A DNA stretch of 63,059 nt, the filler included. It is 6 parts of 6 records of this genome, joined end to end, with 100 filler letters (N's around TTAATTAATTAA, not from the genome) between each part and the next. Parts side by side here need not be neighbours in the genome. Positions count along the whole stretch, not along the records: positions 1 to 16,105 come from SRR31156797_47535; 5 more parts are not named here. The stretch is one strand, 5' to 3'. Below are positions 1 to 10,200 of the stretch, one piece after another. The position numbers were made by a program, and so were the translations under genes. The notes below the pieces were generated by a model. That model had not been told where the DNA came from. It did not search any database and saw only the letters and a program-made list of their open reading frames with translations. Position 1 is the stretch's first letter. The number at the start of each line of letters is the position of its first letter.

Positions 1-1756
1 CCTGAATACCCTTATCATCGATCCCCAAATGTTCTTCAAGGCTGTCCAGTCCGAGTTTGACCGCCATCAGGGATTGCCCCGCCTCGTCATGGAGCTCCAA
101 TGCGATGCGGCGTCGTTCCTCTTCCTGGCTCTCGAAAAGCCTCTCCGTGAGCTGCCTTAATTCCTGTCGGTGAAGACGGACGGTTTGCATGAGTCGGACA
201 TTTTCAATGGGGCCGCCCAAAAAGTTCCCCAATGATCCCAGCAAATGTATTTCATACTGATTCAATTTTTTCCAGGAAGGGACCTGGAATCCGAAAAACC
301 CGACGGCTTTCCCCTTGAATGTGATGAGGAAACAGGAAAGCCAGGGCACGTGCGAATCGCCAACCGCCTTATACCGCATTTTGAAAGATGGAAAGGCGGG
401 TTTGGGGGTCAAGGGGGCCTTCTTTTGAACGAGGTATTTTCCCAGCAGGTTGTCTCTGAAAATACCCTCAACAGGTTCTTCGCCGGCTTGATCGGGAAGC
501 CCCGTTTTCACCGGCAGTTTTATTGTCTGACTGTTGTGGTCTATGAGAAAGAGGCCGCCTGCTTCAAGTCTCAAGGCTCTCAGCACCTCTTTGAGGGTTA
601 CCTTCAGGATATGTTCCAGATTCAGGGTATTGTTCAGGACTACGGCGATTCTGTTGAGAATGGACAGTTCGCGGTTTCGCTCCTTGATAATCTGTTCCGA
701 TTGTTTGCGGTGGGTAATGTCCTTTACGATACCTTCGTATTCGACCTCGCGTGTCTCATGGTTTTCATACCGCCTGCTTGAAATCAGGGTGTGGATGGGT
801 GTTCCGTCTTTCTTCTTAAATTCCACCTCGTAATCCTTGGTGAAACCGTCGCGGCTGATAACTTCCACGAACCTTTCGCGGTCAATTTCTCTTTTATAAA
901 TCTTTCTGATATTGATCTTTTTAACCAGTTCCTTGATGCTTGAATATCCCAGCAAATCAACGCCGGCCTGGTTCATATCCAGAATGTCGCCCATGGGGTT
1001 GGTGGTGTAGATCATGTCATGACTCCCCTCGAAAATGCGGCGGTATTTCCGTTCCCGGCGTGTCAACTCTTCCTGTAATTTTTTATTTTCGGTAATATCC
1101 TTGAATATTTCGAGACCACCCATGACCCGGCCGGAAGGATCCTGAAAGGCCGAAGTGGAGCAGATAATCGGTACCTTCCGACCCTCTATGTTGGTAATGG
1201 CGTACTCCCTGTTATGGATGTCATGACCTTCGGCCACGGCGCGTTTGAGGGCACAGTCGGATTCACAGATGGAGTTCTTAAAAACATCCTTGCAGTACAT
1301 TCCCACGGCATCATAAGCGGAAAAGCCTGTAATTTTCTCGGCGGCGGGATTAAAATAGGTAATCCGCCATTCCTGGTCGGTTGTAAAAAGCCCATCGGGA
1401 ATCCGGTTCAGGATTTCCACGAAACTTTCTTCCTTTTGATAGAGTCTTTCAAGGGCTTTGACGTTGTATTCGTGAATCTGATCGGCCAGGAATTGATTCC
1501 ATCCCCCTGAATGTTGTTCACCTTTGACCTTAAAGTAGGTGCAGTTCAGGCAGTGGGGTAATTTTCTGAAAAAATTTTCTTCCAGGAAATTTCCGCAATG
1601 GGTCTCCGGAATCAGCCAGCAGTCATTACGCTCCTGGTCATGGGCGGGGCACAGGACGTTGTGGCAGGACAACAACTTCCAACAGGGTTGTTTGCTGAAA
1701 TCATCCTCTTTTCTCAGCGGCAGTTCGATGAGATGATTTTCGAGCAATGAACTCAC
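1..1756 (-). CDS. Sensor histidine kinase (HisKA_3/NarX-UhpB type) with N-terminal Cys-rich two-CW domain, 2 PAS domains and GAF; 3' end runs off the window
   Basis: Not in the ORF track; translated by hand from GTG at 1756 (RBS AAAGGAG). It reads PCWKLLSCHNVLCPAH...DCWLIPETHCG...CLNCTYF, PAS (IPDGLFTTDQEWRITYFNPAAEKITG; FEGSHDMIYTT...MNQAG), GAF-like NRELSILNRIA, and H-box QEEERRRIALELHDEAGQSL. Confidence 0.85.
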   Translation of the reverse strand, partial: MSSLLENHLIELPLRKEDDFSKQPCWKLLSCHNVLCPAHDQERNDCWLIPETHCGNFLEENFFRKLPHCLNCTYFKVKGEQHSGGWNQFLADQIHEYNVKALERLYQKEESFVEILNRIPDGLFTTDQEWRITYFNPAAEKITGFSAYDAVGMYCKDVFKNSICESDCALKRAVAEGHDIHNREYAITNIEGRKVPIICSTSAFQDPSGRVMGGLEIFKDITENKKLQEELTRRERKYRRIFEGSHDMIYTTNPMGDILDMNQAGVDLLGYSSIKELVKKINIRKIYKREIDRERFVEVISRDGFTKDYEVEFKKKDGTPIHTLISSRRYENHETREVEYEGIVKDITHRKQSEQIIKERNRELSILNRIAVVLNNTLNLEHILKVTLKEVLRALRLEAGGLFLIDHNSQTIKLPVKTGLPDQAGEEPVEGIFRDNLLGKYLVQKKAPLTPKPAFPSFKMRYKAVGDSHVPWLSCFLITFKGKAVGFFGFQVPSWKKLNQYEIHLLGSLGNFLGGPIENVRLMQTVRLHRQELRQLTERLFESQEEERRRIALELHDEAGQSLMAVKLGLDSLEEHLGIDDKGIQ

Positions 1757-2348
1757 AATAGGGGTCTCCTTTTGCACGGCAAAGCGGTTCTTCGGCCAGG
1801 AAGTCAAAACATCCGTCCGGATAGTCTTCGCCGTATATCAGATCCATAAAAGCGCCGGCAACGCCTCTGAGCATGTAACACTTGCCTGAACCGGAAGGGC
1901 CGTAACGTTCTTTATAGCCGTTGGCCTCGTAGGAATCACTCACATGGATGACGAGTTTTTCATTGGGGATCAGTTCTTCTACTTTTAGGTCGCCCCAGCC
2001 GAAGGCCACGGCCACGGCAGTGAACCCTGTGATCTGATCTTCTTTTTTTTCGATCATGGGCGCCACCAGTTCATCCCATTCCCAGGAATTACGAATGCCG
2101 TGAAAAGTGGCGTATCCGCATTCCTGGGCGGCTTTTATGAGCAATAATTCAGATTCAGCTGCTCGCTCTTTCCCCAGGAGTTTTTCAAAGTCGAAGGAAA
2201 GCTGATTGTAATAGTGGGTTGAGAAAAGGGAAAGGTAAACCCCGAAAAGGGGAATGATCCCTTTTGATTCCCTGATCATACTTCCTTCCATTACCGCATG
2301 GATAATTTTGGTGCCGTCGATTGTCACATATGACTCCCGGATTCCCAC
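1701..2348 (-). CDS. V4R (4-vinyl reductase) domain protein
   Basis: FGWG motif plus CYMLRGVAGA...EPLCRAKGDPYCEF, the V4R Cys pattern. Exact start uncertain. Confidence 0.8.
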   Translation of the reverse strand: MGIRESYVTIDGTKIIHAVMEGSMIRESKGIIPLFGVYLSLFSTHYYNQLSFDFEKLLGKERAAESELLLIKAAQECGYATFHGIRNSWEWDELVAPMIEKKEDQITGFTAVAVAFGWGDLKVEELIPNEKLVIHVSDSYEANGYKERYGPSGSGKCYMLRGVAGAFMDLIYGEDYPDGCFDFLAEEPLCRAKGDPYCEFIARKSSHRTAAEKRG

Positions 2349-2412
2349 AAACAGAGATTAAGAACAAGCCTAAGGTATTTAAAACCGGCAAGTGAAAATT
2401 TGACGGGTTCCT

Positions 2413-2949
2413 TCAAGATCGACCTACTGTTGCGTTGAAGATGCAATCGCCATGCTGCACCATTTTACATTGCACTTCTTCCACCTGGAAGTAGCCGATG
2501 GGATTCTCGAACAGCGCTTCCAGGACGCCTGCGATCCAGCCCCTGGTAAAATGGCAGCCCGGTGTTTTCCGACGTCCGTGTTTGGCGAGCCACCCAGTCA
2601 CATGATGGCTGCCATTGCTGACAATCCTCCCGCCTTCGGGTCCGATCCCGTGAAAGTGAACGATGCCGAGTCCGGAATTCTGGTACAGGACGGAAGCCAT
2701 CTCCAATTTTGATTTCAATGTCTTAATCTGGTTGTAATGCTTCAGGATGGGTCTGAAGCTGTCATAAACGGCGTTTTCCACGGAACGGTACATGAGCTGG
2801 ACGCCTTCTTCTCCCAGAATGTCTTCCAGGGTTTTCTGAAGGTTGATGTTGTAATGGTGGCAGTGCATGGTGACCGGTCGTCCGGACAGAACCATCCTGT
2901 GTCCTTTACGGGCCAGTTCATTTCTCCAATCAAGCTGGACAGTCATCAT
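2413..2949 (-). CDS. V4R domain protein with HCHHYN motif
   Basis: GLG motif and CHFTRGWIAG...EVQCKMVQHGDCIF; RBS GAGGG before ATG. Confidence 0.8.
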   Translation of the reverse strand: MMTVQLDWRNELARKGHRMVLSGRPVTMHCHHYNINLQKTLEDILGEEGVQLMYRSVENAVYDSFRPILKHYNQIKTLKSKLEMASVLYQNSGLGIVHFHGIGPEGGRIVSNGSHHVTGWLAKHGRRKTPGCHFTRGWIAGVLEALFENPIGYFQVEEVQCKMVQHGDCIFNATVGRS

Positions 2950-3255
2950 TCACCCTCGCAGCATCATGTATTGTGTGGCCGACAAGTCTAATATGGAAAT
3001 GTCATTTCGTCAAATGGAAAAAGTGTCTTATGGTATTGCACTCGCAGCTTATTGATATCGTCCAAAGGACGGTTTTTTCCATTAAAGAAGATGGTTTCAA
3101 AAGGAATTTGGCGGATCGTATCCATTTGACTTCAATTTCGTTGACAGATTACAAACAGTGTGAATATAAGGTTCCGGGAAGCGCCTGAACGGGTTAACTT
3201 TCCAATGCTGGAAAGACTGGAAAAGTGATTACTTTTTTTTAGGGGTTGATTAAAG

Positions 3256-4275
3256 ATGAACCATAAACCAGATTCAAATTTGAATGAAAAAGCCCGGATT
3301 CTTCTCTTGGCCGGATTCCTGGGTTCGGGCAAGACCACTCTGCTCAAACGGATCCTTTCCTGGGAGGCGGATTTGTCCGACAGCGTCGTTTTGGTTAACG
3401 AATTTGGAGATGTGGGTATTGATGGCGCTTTGCTGAAGGACTCCGGATCCGATGTGGTTGAACTGACCAGCGGATGCATCTGTTGTACACTCACCGCCGA
3501 TCTCAAACTATCCCTGGAGGACATTTGGAAACGGTTCAAGCCCAAGCGTATTTTCATAGAATCCTCCGGTGTGGCCGATCCCGCATCCATCGTATCGGTT
3601 TTGAAGGAGCCGCGCCTCATGCAGAACATGCGGATCGGCAAGGTCATTACGGTTCTGGATGCCGAATTTTGGGAGGTTCGGGAGGTATTCGGCCCCCTGT
3701 TTTTCAGCCAGATGGAAATGGCGGACCTGATTCTTTTGAACAAAATCGACATCCAGGAGAAAGGAAAAATTTCCCAGTACCTAAGTGAGATGCATGAAGT
3801 TTTTCCCCATACCCAGGTGGTCCCCACAATCCGCTGCAACATCGATCCGGAAACCCTTTGGACGGATGCGGATGCAAATAAGAATTTCGAGATCAGAACG
3901 ACCCATCTTTTCAAGGAAATTCTGTTGGAGGGGGAGGGCCCCCACGGACCGGACGGACACCATCACCATCATGATGATCACGGCCATGGGGAACACGTGA
4001 ATGATGCCGGTAATTTCGTCACCTTTTCTTTCCGGGATTCCAGGATATTTGATGAATCTCGCTTCAAAGAGTTCGTTGACACCCTTCCCTGGGAGCTGTT
4101 CAGGATGAAAGGACCGGTCCGTTTTCAAGAGCGGATGACCCTCGTAAATTTTGTGGGCGGCAGAAGCGAGTGGCTTCCCTGGGAAGGTGACGCGGAAACC
4201 CGGCTTGCTTTTATCGGATGGGATGTGGACGGTGCCGATATTTTGAAAAAACTGAATAAATGTTTAATGGATTGA
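3256..4275 (+). CDS. CobW/COG0523 family metal-chaperone GTPase
   Basis: GFLGSGKTT, VNEFG, GCICCT, ESSG, LNKID, His-rich linker HHHHHDDHGH, CobW_C-like RMKG. Confidence 0.93.
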   Translation: MNHKPDSNLNEKARILLLAGFLGSGKTTLLKRILSWEADLSDSVVLVNEFGDVGIDGALLKDSGSDVVELTSGCICCTLTADLKLSLEDIWKRFKPKRIFIESSGVADPASIVSVLKEPRLMQNMRIGKVITVLDAEFWEVREVFGPLFFSQMEMADLILLNKIDIQEKGKISQYLSEMHEVFPHTQVVPTIRCNIDPETLWTDADANKNFEIRTTHLFKEILLEGEGPHGPDGHHHHHDDHGHGEHVNDAGNFVTFSFRDSRIFDESRFKEFVDTLPWELFRMKGPVRFQERMTLVNFVGGRSEWLPWEGDAETRLAFIGWDVDGADILKKLNKCLMD

Positions 4276-4291
4276 TAACAATTAGGATAAC

Positions 4292-5392
4292 ATGACAAAA
4301 GAACAATTTCTGAATAACCTGGAAAATGCACTCCGGCGCCTGATTTTAGACCGCCTTTTTGGCGATGCCGATGAAGAGCAGAAGACCGGATTGAAAGCCG
4401 ATGTGGCCGAATTCATCCGGGAGAATGCCGCCGGTTATACCTTTGAAGAATTGAAAGAGACCTTTACTTCAGCCCAGGTGGCCATCGGTCTTTTTTTGGA
4501 ATATCAGAACGCCAAGGAGATTTGTCGCGGAAAGGTGAAAGACCCGGGGAATCTGGAAAGCCAGATAACCACTCTGATCAATTGTGGCGGGTGCGGATCA
4601 AATGGTCCTGTTTTTCCCTCGGATGAGTGGCGGGAGCCCATAACGGGAATGGATTTCATCTGGGTGTCCGGGGGGAGTTTTCAGATGGGCAGCGGACCCT
4701 GGGACGACCAGGGGCTTGTGGATGAGAAGCCGGTTCATGAAGTGTGGCTGGACGGTTTATGGGTGGGTAAATACCCGGTTCTTGTTTCCCAGTATTTGGC
4801 CTTCGTGATGGATACGGGGGAACGCCAACCGGCTTGGCTTGAGGAGGGCGGCAAGTATAATATTTATACCGGCGCCGACGATCTTTATAAGGCCCTCGGT
4901 GCAGCCGTCGCTTCGGATGGTTATCCCATTGTCGGGGTATCCTGGGAAGATGCCGTCGCTTACGCCCGATGGATGTCCGAAAAGACGGGCTTTTATTTCC
5001 GTCTGCCCACGGAGGCGGAATGGGAATATGCCGCACGGAGCGGGGGACGGGAGGAAAAGTATGCCGGCGGACAAGATGTGGACGCCCTGGCCTGGTACTG
5101 CGACAACAGCGGAGGCAGCGCCCACCCGGTGGGGACGAAAACGCCCAACGGCCTGGGTATCCACGATATGTGCGGAAACGTCTCCGAATGGTGCCTCGAT
5201 TTTTACCACAAGGAAGCCTACCGGAATCACAAACAGTACAATCCCCAAAACAGGGAAGAAGGCACATGCCGCGCGGTCAGGGGCGGCAGCTGGAACTACG
5301 GCGCCAGGGATGTGCGATGCGCGGACAGGGGGCTTTTTACGCCCGAGTACCGCGGTTGCGACCTCGGTTTTCGATTGGTTCGACAGGTGTAG
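4292..5392 (+). CDS. Formylglycine-generating-enzyme (FGE-sulfatase/SUMF1) domain protein with unknown N-terminal domain
   Basis: FQMGS, P.HEV, VSWEDA, RLPTEAEWEYAAR, PNGLGIHDMCGNVSEW, RGGSW, GFRLV. Confidence 0.92.
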   Translation: MTKEQFLNNLENALRRLILDRLFGDADEEQKTGLKADVAEFIRENAAGYTFEELKETFTSAQVAIGLFLEYQNAKEICRGKVKDPGNLESQITTLINCGGCGSNGPVFPSDEWREPITGMDFIWVSGGSFQMGSGPWDDQGLVDEKPVHEVWLDGLWVGKYPVLVSQYLAFVMDTGERQPAWLEEGGKYNIYTGADDLYKALGAAVASDGYPIVGVSWEDAVAYARWMSEKTGFYFRLPTEAEWEYAARSGGREEKYAGGQDVDALAWYCDNSGGSAHPVGTKTPNGLGIHDMCGNVSEWCLDFYHKEAYRNHKQYNPQNREEGTCRAVRGGSWNYGARDVRCADRGLFTPEYRGCDLGFRLVRQV

Positions 5393-5580
5393 CTGTGAAT
5401 CCCTATTCCATAGTCGATTTTTATTGACTTTTCCCTTGTTTTGCATATCATCCGAATACATTGAGAACCCATAAAGATTAACTCTGACCTATCTGCCGGA
5501 GGTTTCCATATGGAACACTCCCTCGGAACTTGCCGATTCACCTCCCGATGGTAGCCACTTTCCTGTTGGGAGGGAAGGCC

Positions 5581-5649
5581 TTCATTTACGTGGTTGTAAA
5601 TCCCGGTCGTCTTCACATCGGCATGCCCCATCAATTCCTGAACAAACCG
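5581..5649 (-). pseudogene. C-terminal remnant of a tyrosine recombinase, resembling an integron integrase
   Basis: RFVQELMGHADVKTTGIYNHVN matches box II (QELLGH.DV.TT.IYTHV); the rest of the gene is absent. Confidence 0.65.
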
Positions 5650-5744
5650 AGTAAGTAGGGTCAGGTCTTCATTCTTCACTCTCTCAAAAACATCTGTCAA
5701 AAATGAAGACATGACCCACTCTGTGCTGAAAAACTCTAACATTC

Positions 5745-7199
5745 ATGAGGGAAAAAATGCGTTTTTCAATGAATGCCCGTTTAAAAAAAATCACCATCCT
5801 TTATCCGTCCTGTTGTGCAATCCTGTTAACGACAATATTTTTTTCAGCTGTTATGACGGCTCATGCCGAATACAACGACTACGGTCTCAACAAGCCCAGT
5901 GCATTCCGCGACTATCAGCAGGTCATGATCTGGGACAGTGAAATCCTGGATGCTCTGCGGGGTCTGGAAGGTCGGCTGATGTTTTCCACGGGAAGCTGCT
6001 TTTCCGGGGGGTTTGTGGATGATCTTACGAAACTGGACCATGCCGCGGTGGTGACGGCCAACAACTGGCACGGTCTTGGTCTTTCTCTCTACGATTTTCT
6101 GCCCGGGCAAACGGATACCCGGGGATTCCATGACGACTACATGAATGCTTTCCGGGTTAAAGCTCAGAGCCCCCCCACCTTTGAGGAGGCCTATCTCACA
6201 GCCAGAGATACTCTGCGGGAGACCGACGGATATATGTGGTACTGGGGCGGAGTGGAGTTTCCCCAGTTCGGCGGCAGCGGCAGCGGCGCCGAAGGGACCC
6301 TGGCCTATCAACCTGGAAACAGGGCCATTTTGTTCAGCGGTATGTGGGCCGGAAATGAGTACTATGTTACTTCTTTTGACTATACCATTGCCGGCGGCCG
6401 CCATATGCTCATGAATGATTACGGCTGGCCTGAAGAAGCCATTATTACGCTTTTTTCAGATGGCAAAATCCCCCCGGACCGTCACATATCCTGGTCCCTT
6501 TCGGGCGCCGGGACCAAGGAGAATCTTTTGAATGCCATGCAATCCGCCGCAGTGAATCTCGGCCCGGAAAACACTCTGGCGGTTTTCGTCATCGCCCACG
6601 GCAGGAGCAGCGCCGTTATGACCAGCCGGCTCAATGGGGACGGACGCACCATCGAATATCTGCTCATTCCCAACGGCCGGAGCATTGCGCCCGAAGGTGC
6701 CACCTACCCGGCGGCGGACTACGGCTGTACACGGATTGAGATTACAGGGCTCAAAGACATCTGGCCCGAAAACTACGAGATTCTTTTTCCCGATTCCCTG
6801 ACGGGGTGGAACTGGCGTATCGATGGGGAGAAACGTTCCCTTTTCCTGGAAGCACAAGACCCGACAAATAAGGATTTGTGGCTTATTCCGGGGGCTGAAT
6901 ACGTCATCGGGCTCAAATACCGGCGTGCCTTGGCTTCAAATGAAATAGGTCGGGCCGGATGGATCCTGTGGCTGCCGGAGGGAGGCGGAGGCCCTCTTTT
7001 CATGAGCGATTACGGCCGCCCCGGAGACGGAAAGTGGGGAATCGGTGAGCATGTACCGGGCGGTCCGGCACTCGGTTCTCCGGATCCCGCTTCCTGGGAA
7101 CACGGTTGGGAAACGGGTGGCGACGGCTGGATCATGATCCCCGCCCCCGCAAGCGGCGATTCGGGAGATTCCGGTTGTTTCATTGGAACCCTTTATTGA
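5745..7199 (+). CDS. Secreted C13/caspase-like (clan CD) peptidase, apparently circularly permuted, with C-terminal CFI-box-like tail
   Basis: Signal peptide ending AHA; SCFSGGFVDDL (Cys85); NRAILFSG...GTKENL...VFVIAHG (His285); ends GDSGDSGCFIGTLY. Confidence 0.7.
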   Translation: MREKMRFSMNARLKKITILYPSCCAILLTTIFFSAVMTAHAEYNDYGLNKPSAFRDYQQVMIWDSEILDALRGLEGRLMFSTGSCFSGGFVDDLTKLDHAAVVTANNWHGLGLSLYDFLPGQTDTRGFHDDYMNAFRVKAQSPPTFEEAYLTARDTLRETDGYMWYWGGVEFPQFGGSGSGAEGTLAYQPGNRAILFSGMWAGNEYYVTSFDYTIAGGRHMLMNDYGWPEEAIITLFSDGKIPPDRHISWSLSGAGTKENLLNAMQSAAVNLGPENTLAVFVIAHGRSSAVMTSRLNGDGRTIEYLLIPNGRSIAPEGATYPAADYGCTRIEITGLKDIWPENYEILFPDSLTGWNWRIDGEKRSLFLEAQDPTNKDLWLIPGAEYVIGLKYRRALASNEIGRAGWILWLPEGGGGPLFMSDYGRPGDGKWGIGEHVPGGPALGSPDPASWEHGWETGGDGWIMIPAPASGDSGDSGCFIGTLY

Positions 7200-7206
7200 A
7201 AAGAGT

Positions 7207-10200
7207 ATGACAAACAGGGCGCTTTTTCGACGTCCTCTCTATTTTAACTTGTTTTGTTCCTGGAGCCTACCCGCTGATCCCGGCCATGTGAAGGCTCAGG
7301 AGGCCCGGAACTTGGAATCAACATGTGGAAAACACCGCATATGGAAGATTCTGATCCCCCTGATATGTCTGTTTTTTCTTCAGGGGTGTCTGGCGGAAAC
7401 GGACCGGCCGCTTGCGCGCAAGGGCTGCCTTGACCTGAGATCCCGGGACTTTGCCGCGGGCCCCGTCAGTCTGGACGGTCAATGGGCCTTCTACTGGCGG
7501 ACCCCTTCCTCATCATCCGGTATCCCGAAGGACCCTCTCCCTTCGGACGCGTCTTTCATGGAGGTGCCGGGATTTTGGCACCAAAGCTCCGAAGAAGAGA
7601 CGAAATACCCGGACCACGGCTTTGCCACCTACCGCCTGATCCTCTTTCTGCCGGAAGATCGTCCGGGCCTGGCCTTGAAACTGGGGACCATCTCATCCGC
7701 CTACACCCTGTGCATCAACGGAAAACCTGTGGGGGCCGTGGGCAGGGTCGGCGGGGATAGAAAATCGACCCTTCCCTGGCACAAGGTGGAAATCGTGGAT
7801 CTGGATGGATTCGGCAGCCGTCTGGACATGCGGATTACGGCCGCCAACTTCCATAACTTCGGCGGCGGAATCATGGATCATCTGCTTTTGGGCCCCCGTG
7901 CCGTACTTGAAAGGGGCCTGAAAAAAGAGTTTGTCCTGAACTCGGTTCTTTTAGGCAGTCTCCTGATCATGGGGATCTATCATCTTGCCCTCTTTCTCCT
8001 GCGGCCCAAGGATACCTCCACCCTCTATTTCGGTATTTTCTGCCTCTCTGTGGCCGTATGGCACGGCACCGTGGATCCCCACGGCCGGTTCATGGATCTC
8101 CTGGTTCCGGGCATTACCTGGGAGTGGATGACCCGGATTGAGTTCATCTCCTTTTATCTGAGCATTCCGGCATTCGCCCTTTTTATGAGATCCATTTTCC
8201 CGGAAGAATCCTCCGTTCTTTTTACCCGGATTTACCAATGGGCCGGCATCCTCTTCTCACTGGCGGTGGTACTGTTTCCCCCCCATATCTTTACAAGGAC
8301 CCTGTCTTTCTATGAGATACTGACCGCAACCACACTTATCTACGTCATGCGGGTTCTGATCCTGGCGGTCAGGCACGGGCGCCGGGGCGCAATATACATG
8401 CTGATCGGATTTCCCATCTTCTGGCTCACCGGAATCAACGACATCCTCTACGGGCATCGATTGATCCAGACCGCGGTCCTGGTGCCTTTCGGCCTGTTCA
8501 TTCTCATCATCTCCCACTCATTCGTGATCTCCTTAAGGTTTTCAAGGGCATTTGCCGCGGTGGAGCGCCTCTCCGTGGAGTTGAACCGGAAAAACGAGGA
8601 ATTATACCGGGCCAACCGGATCAAGGACGAATTTCTGGCCAACACCACCCATGAACTGCGCACCCCCCTAAACGGTATCATCGGCATCGCGGAATCCCTG
8701 AAAGAGGGGGCCGCCGGAGAGCTCAACCGTCCTGCCCGAAACAACCTCGCCATGATCGTCTCCAGCGCCCGCCGCCTCACCGCCCTGATCAACGATATCC
8801 TCGATTTCTCGAAGCTCAGGAACCGGGACATTCAAATCCGGAAAAGGGCCGTGGATATGAAGGGACTGGTCCGGATGGTCCTGGCCCTGTGCGAACCCAT
8901 GACCCGGGGGAAGCCGTTGGTCCTGGAAAACAGGATATCCGGCCATCTTCCAGCGGTCCTGGGGGATGAGGACCGGCTCCAGCAGATATTGTTCAATCTG
9001 GTGGGGAACGCCGTCAAATTCACGCCCGAGGGAACGGTGAAGATCCTGGCGGAGGAAAAGGGGGATTTTCTCTCCATATCCGTTGAAGACACCGGCATCG
9101 GCATCCCGGAAGACAAGCTTGAAGAAATTTTCCACTCCTTTGAACAGGGGGATGCCTCGGCATCCCGGCGGTTCGGCGGCACGGGCCTGGGGCTCGCCGT
9201 CACCCGGAAGCTGGTGGAACTCCACGGCGGAACCATTACTGTCGCCTCCAAAGAGGGGAAAGGTTCCATTTTTGTCTTTACCATCCCCAAAGCCATGGGA
9301 GTCGCCTCAACAATAACCGACGATCCGGAGACCGCCTCCACCCTGGGCAGGACCGCGCTGCCCGAACCGTTTCCCGAAAGCATGGCCCCCGATCCTCTTC
9401 CCGGGACGGATTTCGATCCCGTTGTCCTGGCCGTGGACGACGATCCCGTGAATCTCCAGGTGATCAAAAACCACCTGGGACTTGCCGAAATCCCGGTCCA
9501 GACCGCAACCGGGGGAGGGGAGGCCCTCACATGGATCGACACCCACGGCCTGCCCCATCTAGTGCTCCTGGATATCATGATGCCCGGAATGACCGGTTAC
9601 GAGGTCTGCCAACGCCTGCGCAGGCGCCATTCCCCTTCGGAACTCCCCATCATCATGGTCACGGCCCGAAACCGGGTCACCGACCTGGTCCGGGGATTTG
9701 ACCAAGGGGCCAATGATTATCTCACCAAGCCCTTTACCAAGGATGAACTCCTGGCCCGGATCCGGACCCAGCTGAAACTCAAACGGGCCTATACCACCCT
9801 TCAAGAGAATGTCCGGCTGCGAAAAGAACTGAACCTTCGCCGGATCACGGAACAGCGGCTCAAAGAGACCCAGAAACGGCTGGATAAAATGCTGGATACG
9901 GTGGCGCAGCCGCTGGCCGCCGTCAATGAAAGCCTGGAAATCTGTTTTTCAAACAGGGCGCTGGAAACGCTTTTGGGAAGACAGGCGGAGGCCCTTTTAG
10001 GGCGGCCCGCCGCTGATTTTTTTGAAATGGATTTTGCGGATATCCAAGAGACCCATATGGGAAAAAGCGGATCCGGAATCTATCCGGATACCCTTATTCG
10101 GGGCGGGGGGAAAGAAAAACGGCTCGACATCACCCTCACCTCCCTTGAATTCGGCCTGGAGGATGAAGAGGGAGACGAACAGGAGCAATTGCTGCTGCTC

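Noticed and set aside
245-1736. Plus-strand ORFs over the first 1.7 kb
   Set aside because: Antisense shadows of the minus-strand histidine kinase.
5260-5392. FGE-sulfatase C-terminus as a DGR variable region
   Set aside because: Ordinary RGGSW...GFRL ending; I saw no template repeat or reverse transcriptase in the window.
5296-5742. 148-aa ORF as a functional integrase
   Set aside because: Only ~23 residues resemble a recombinase; box I and the rest of the catalytic domain are missing.
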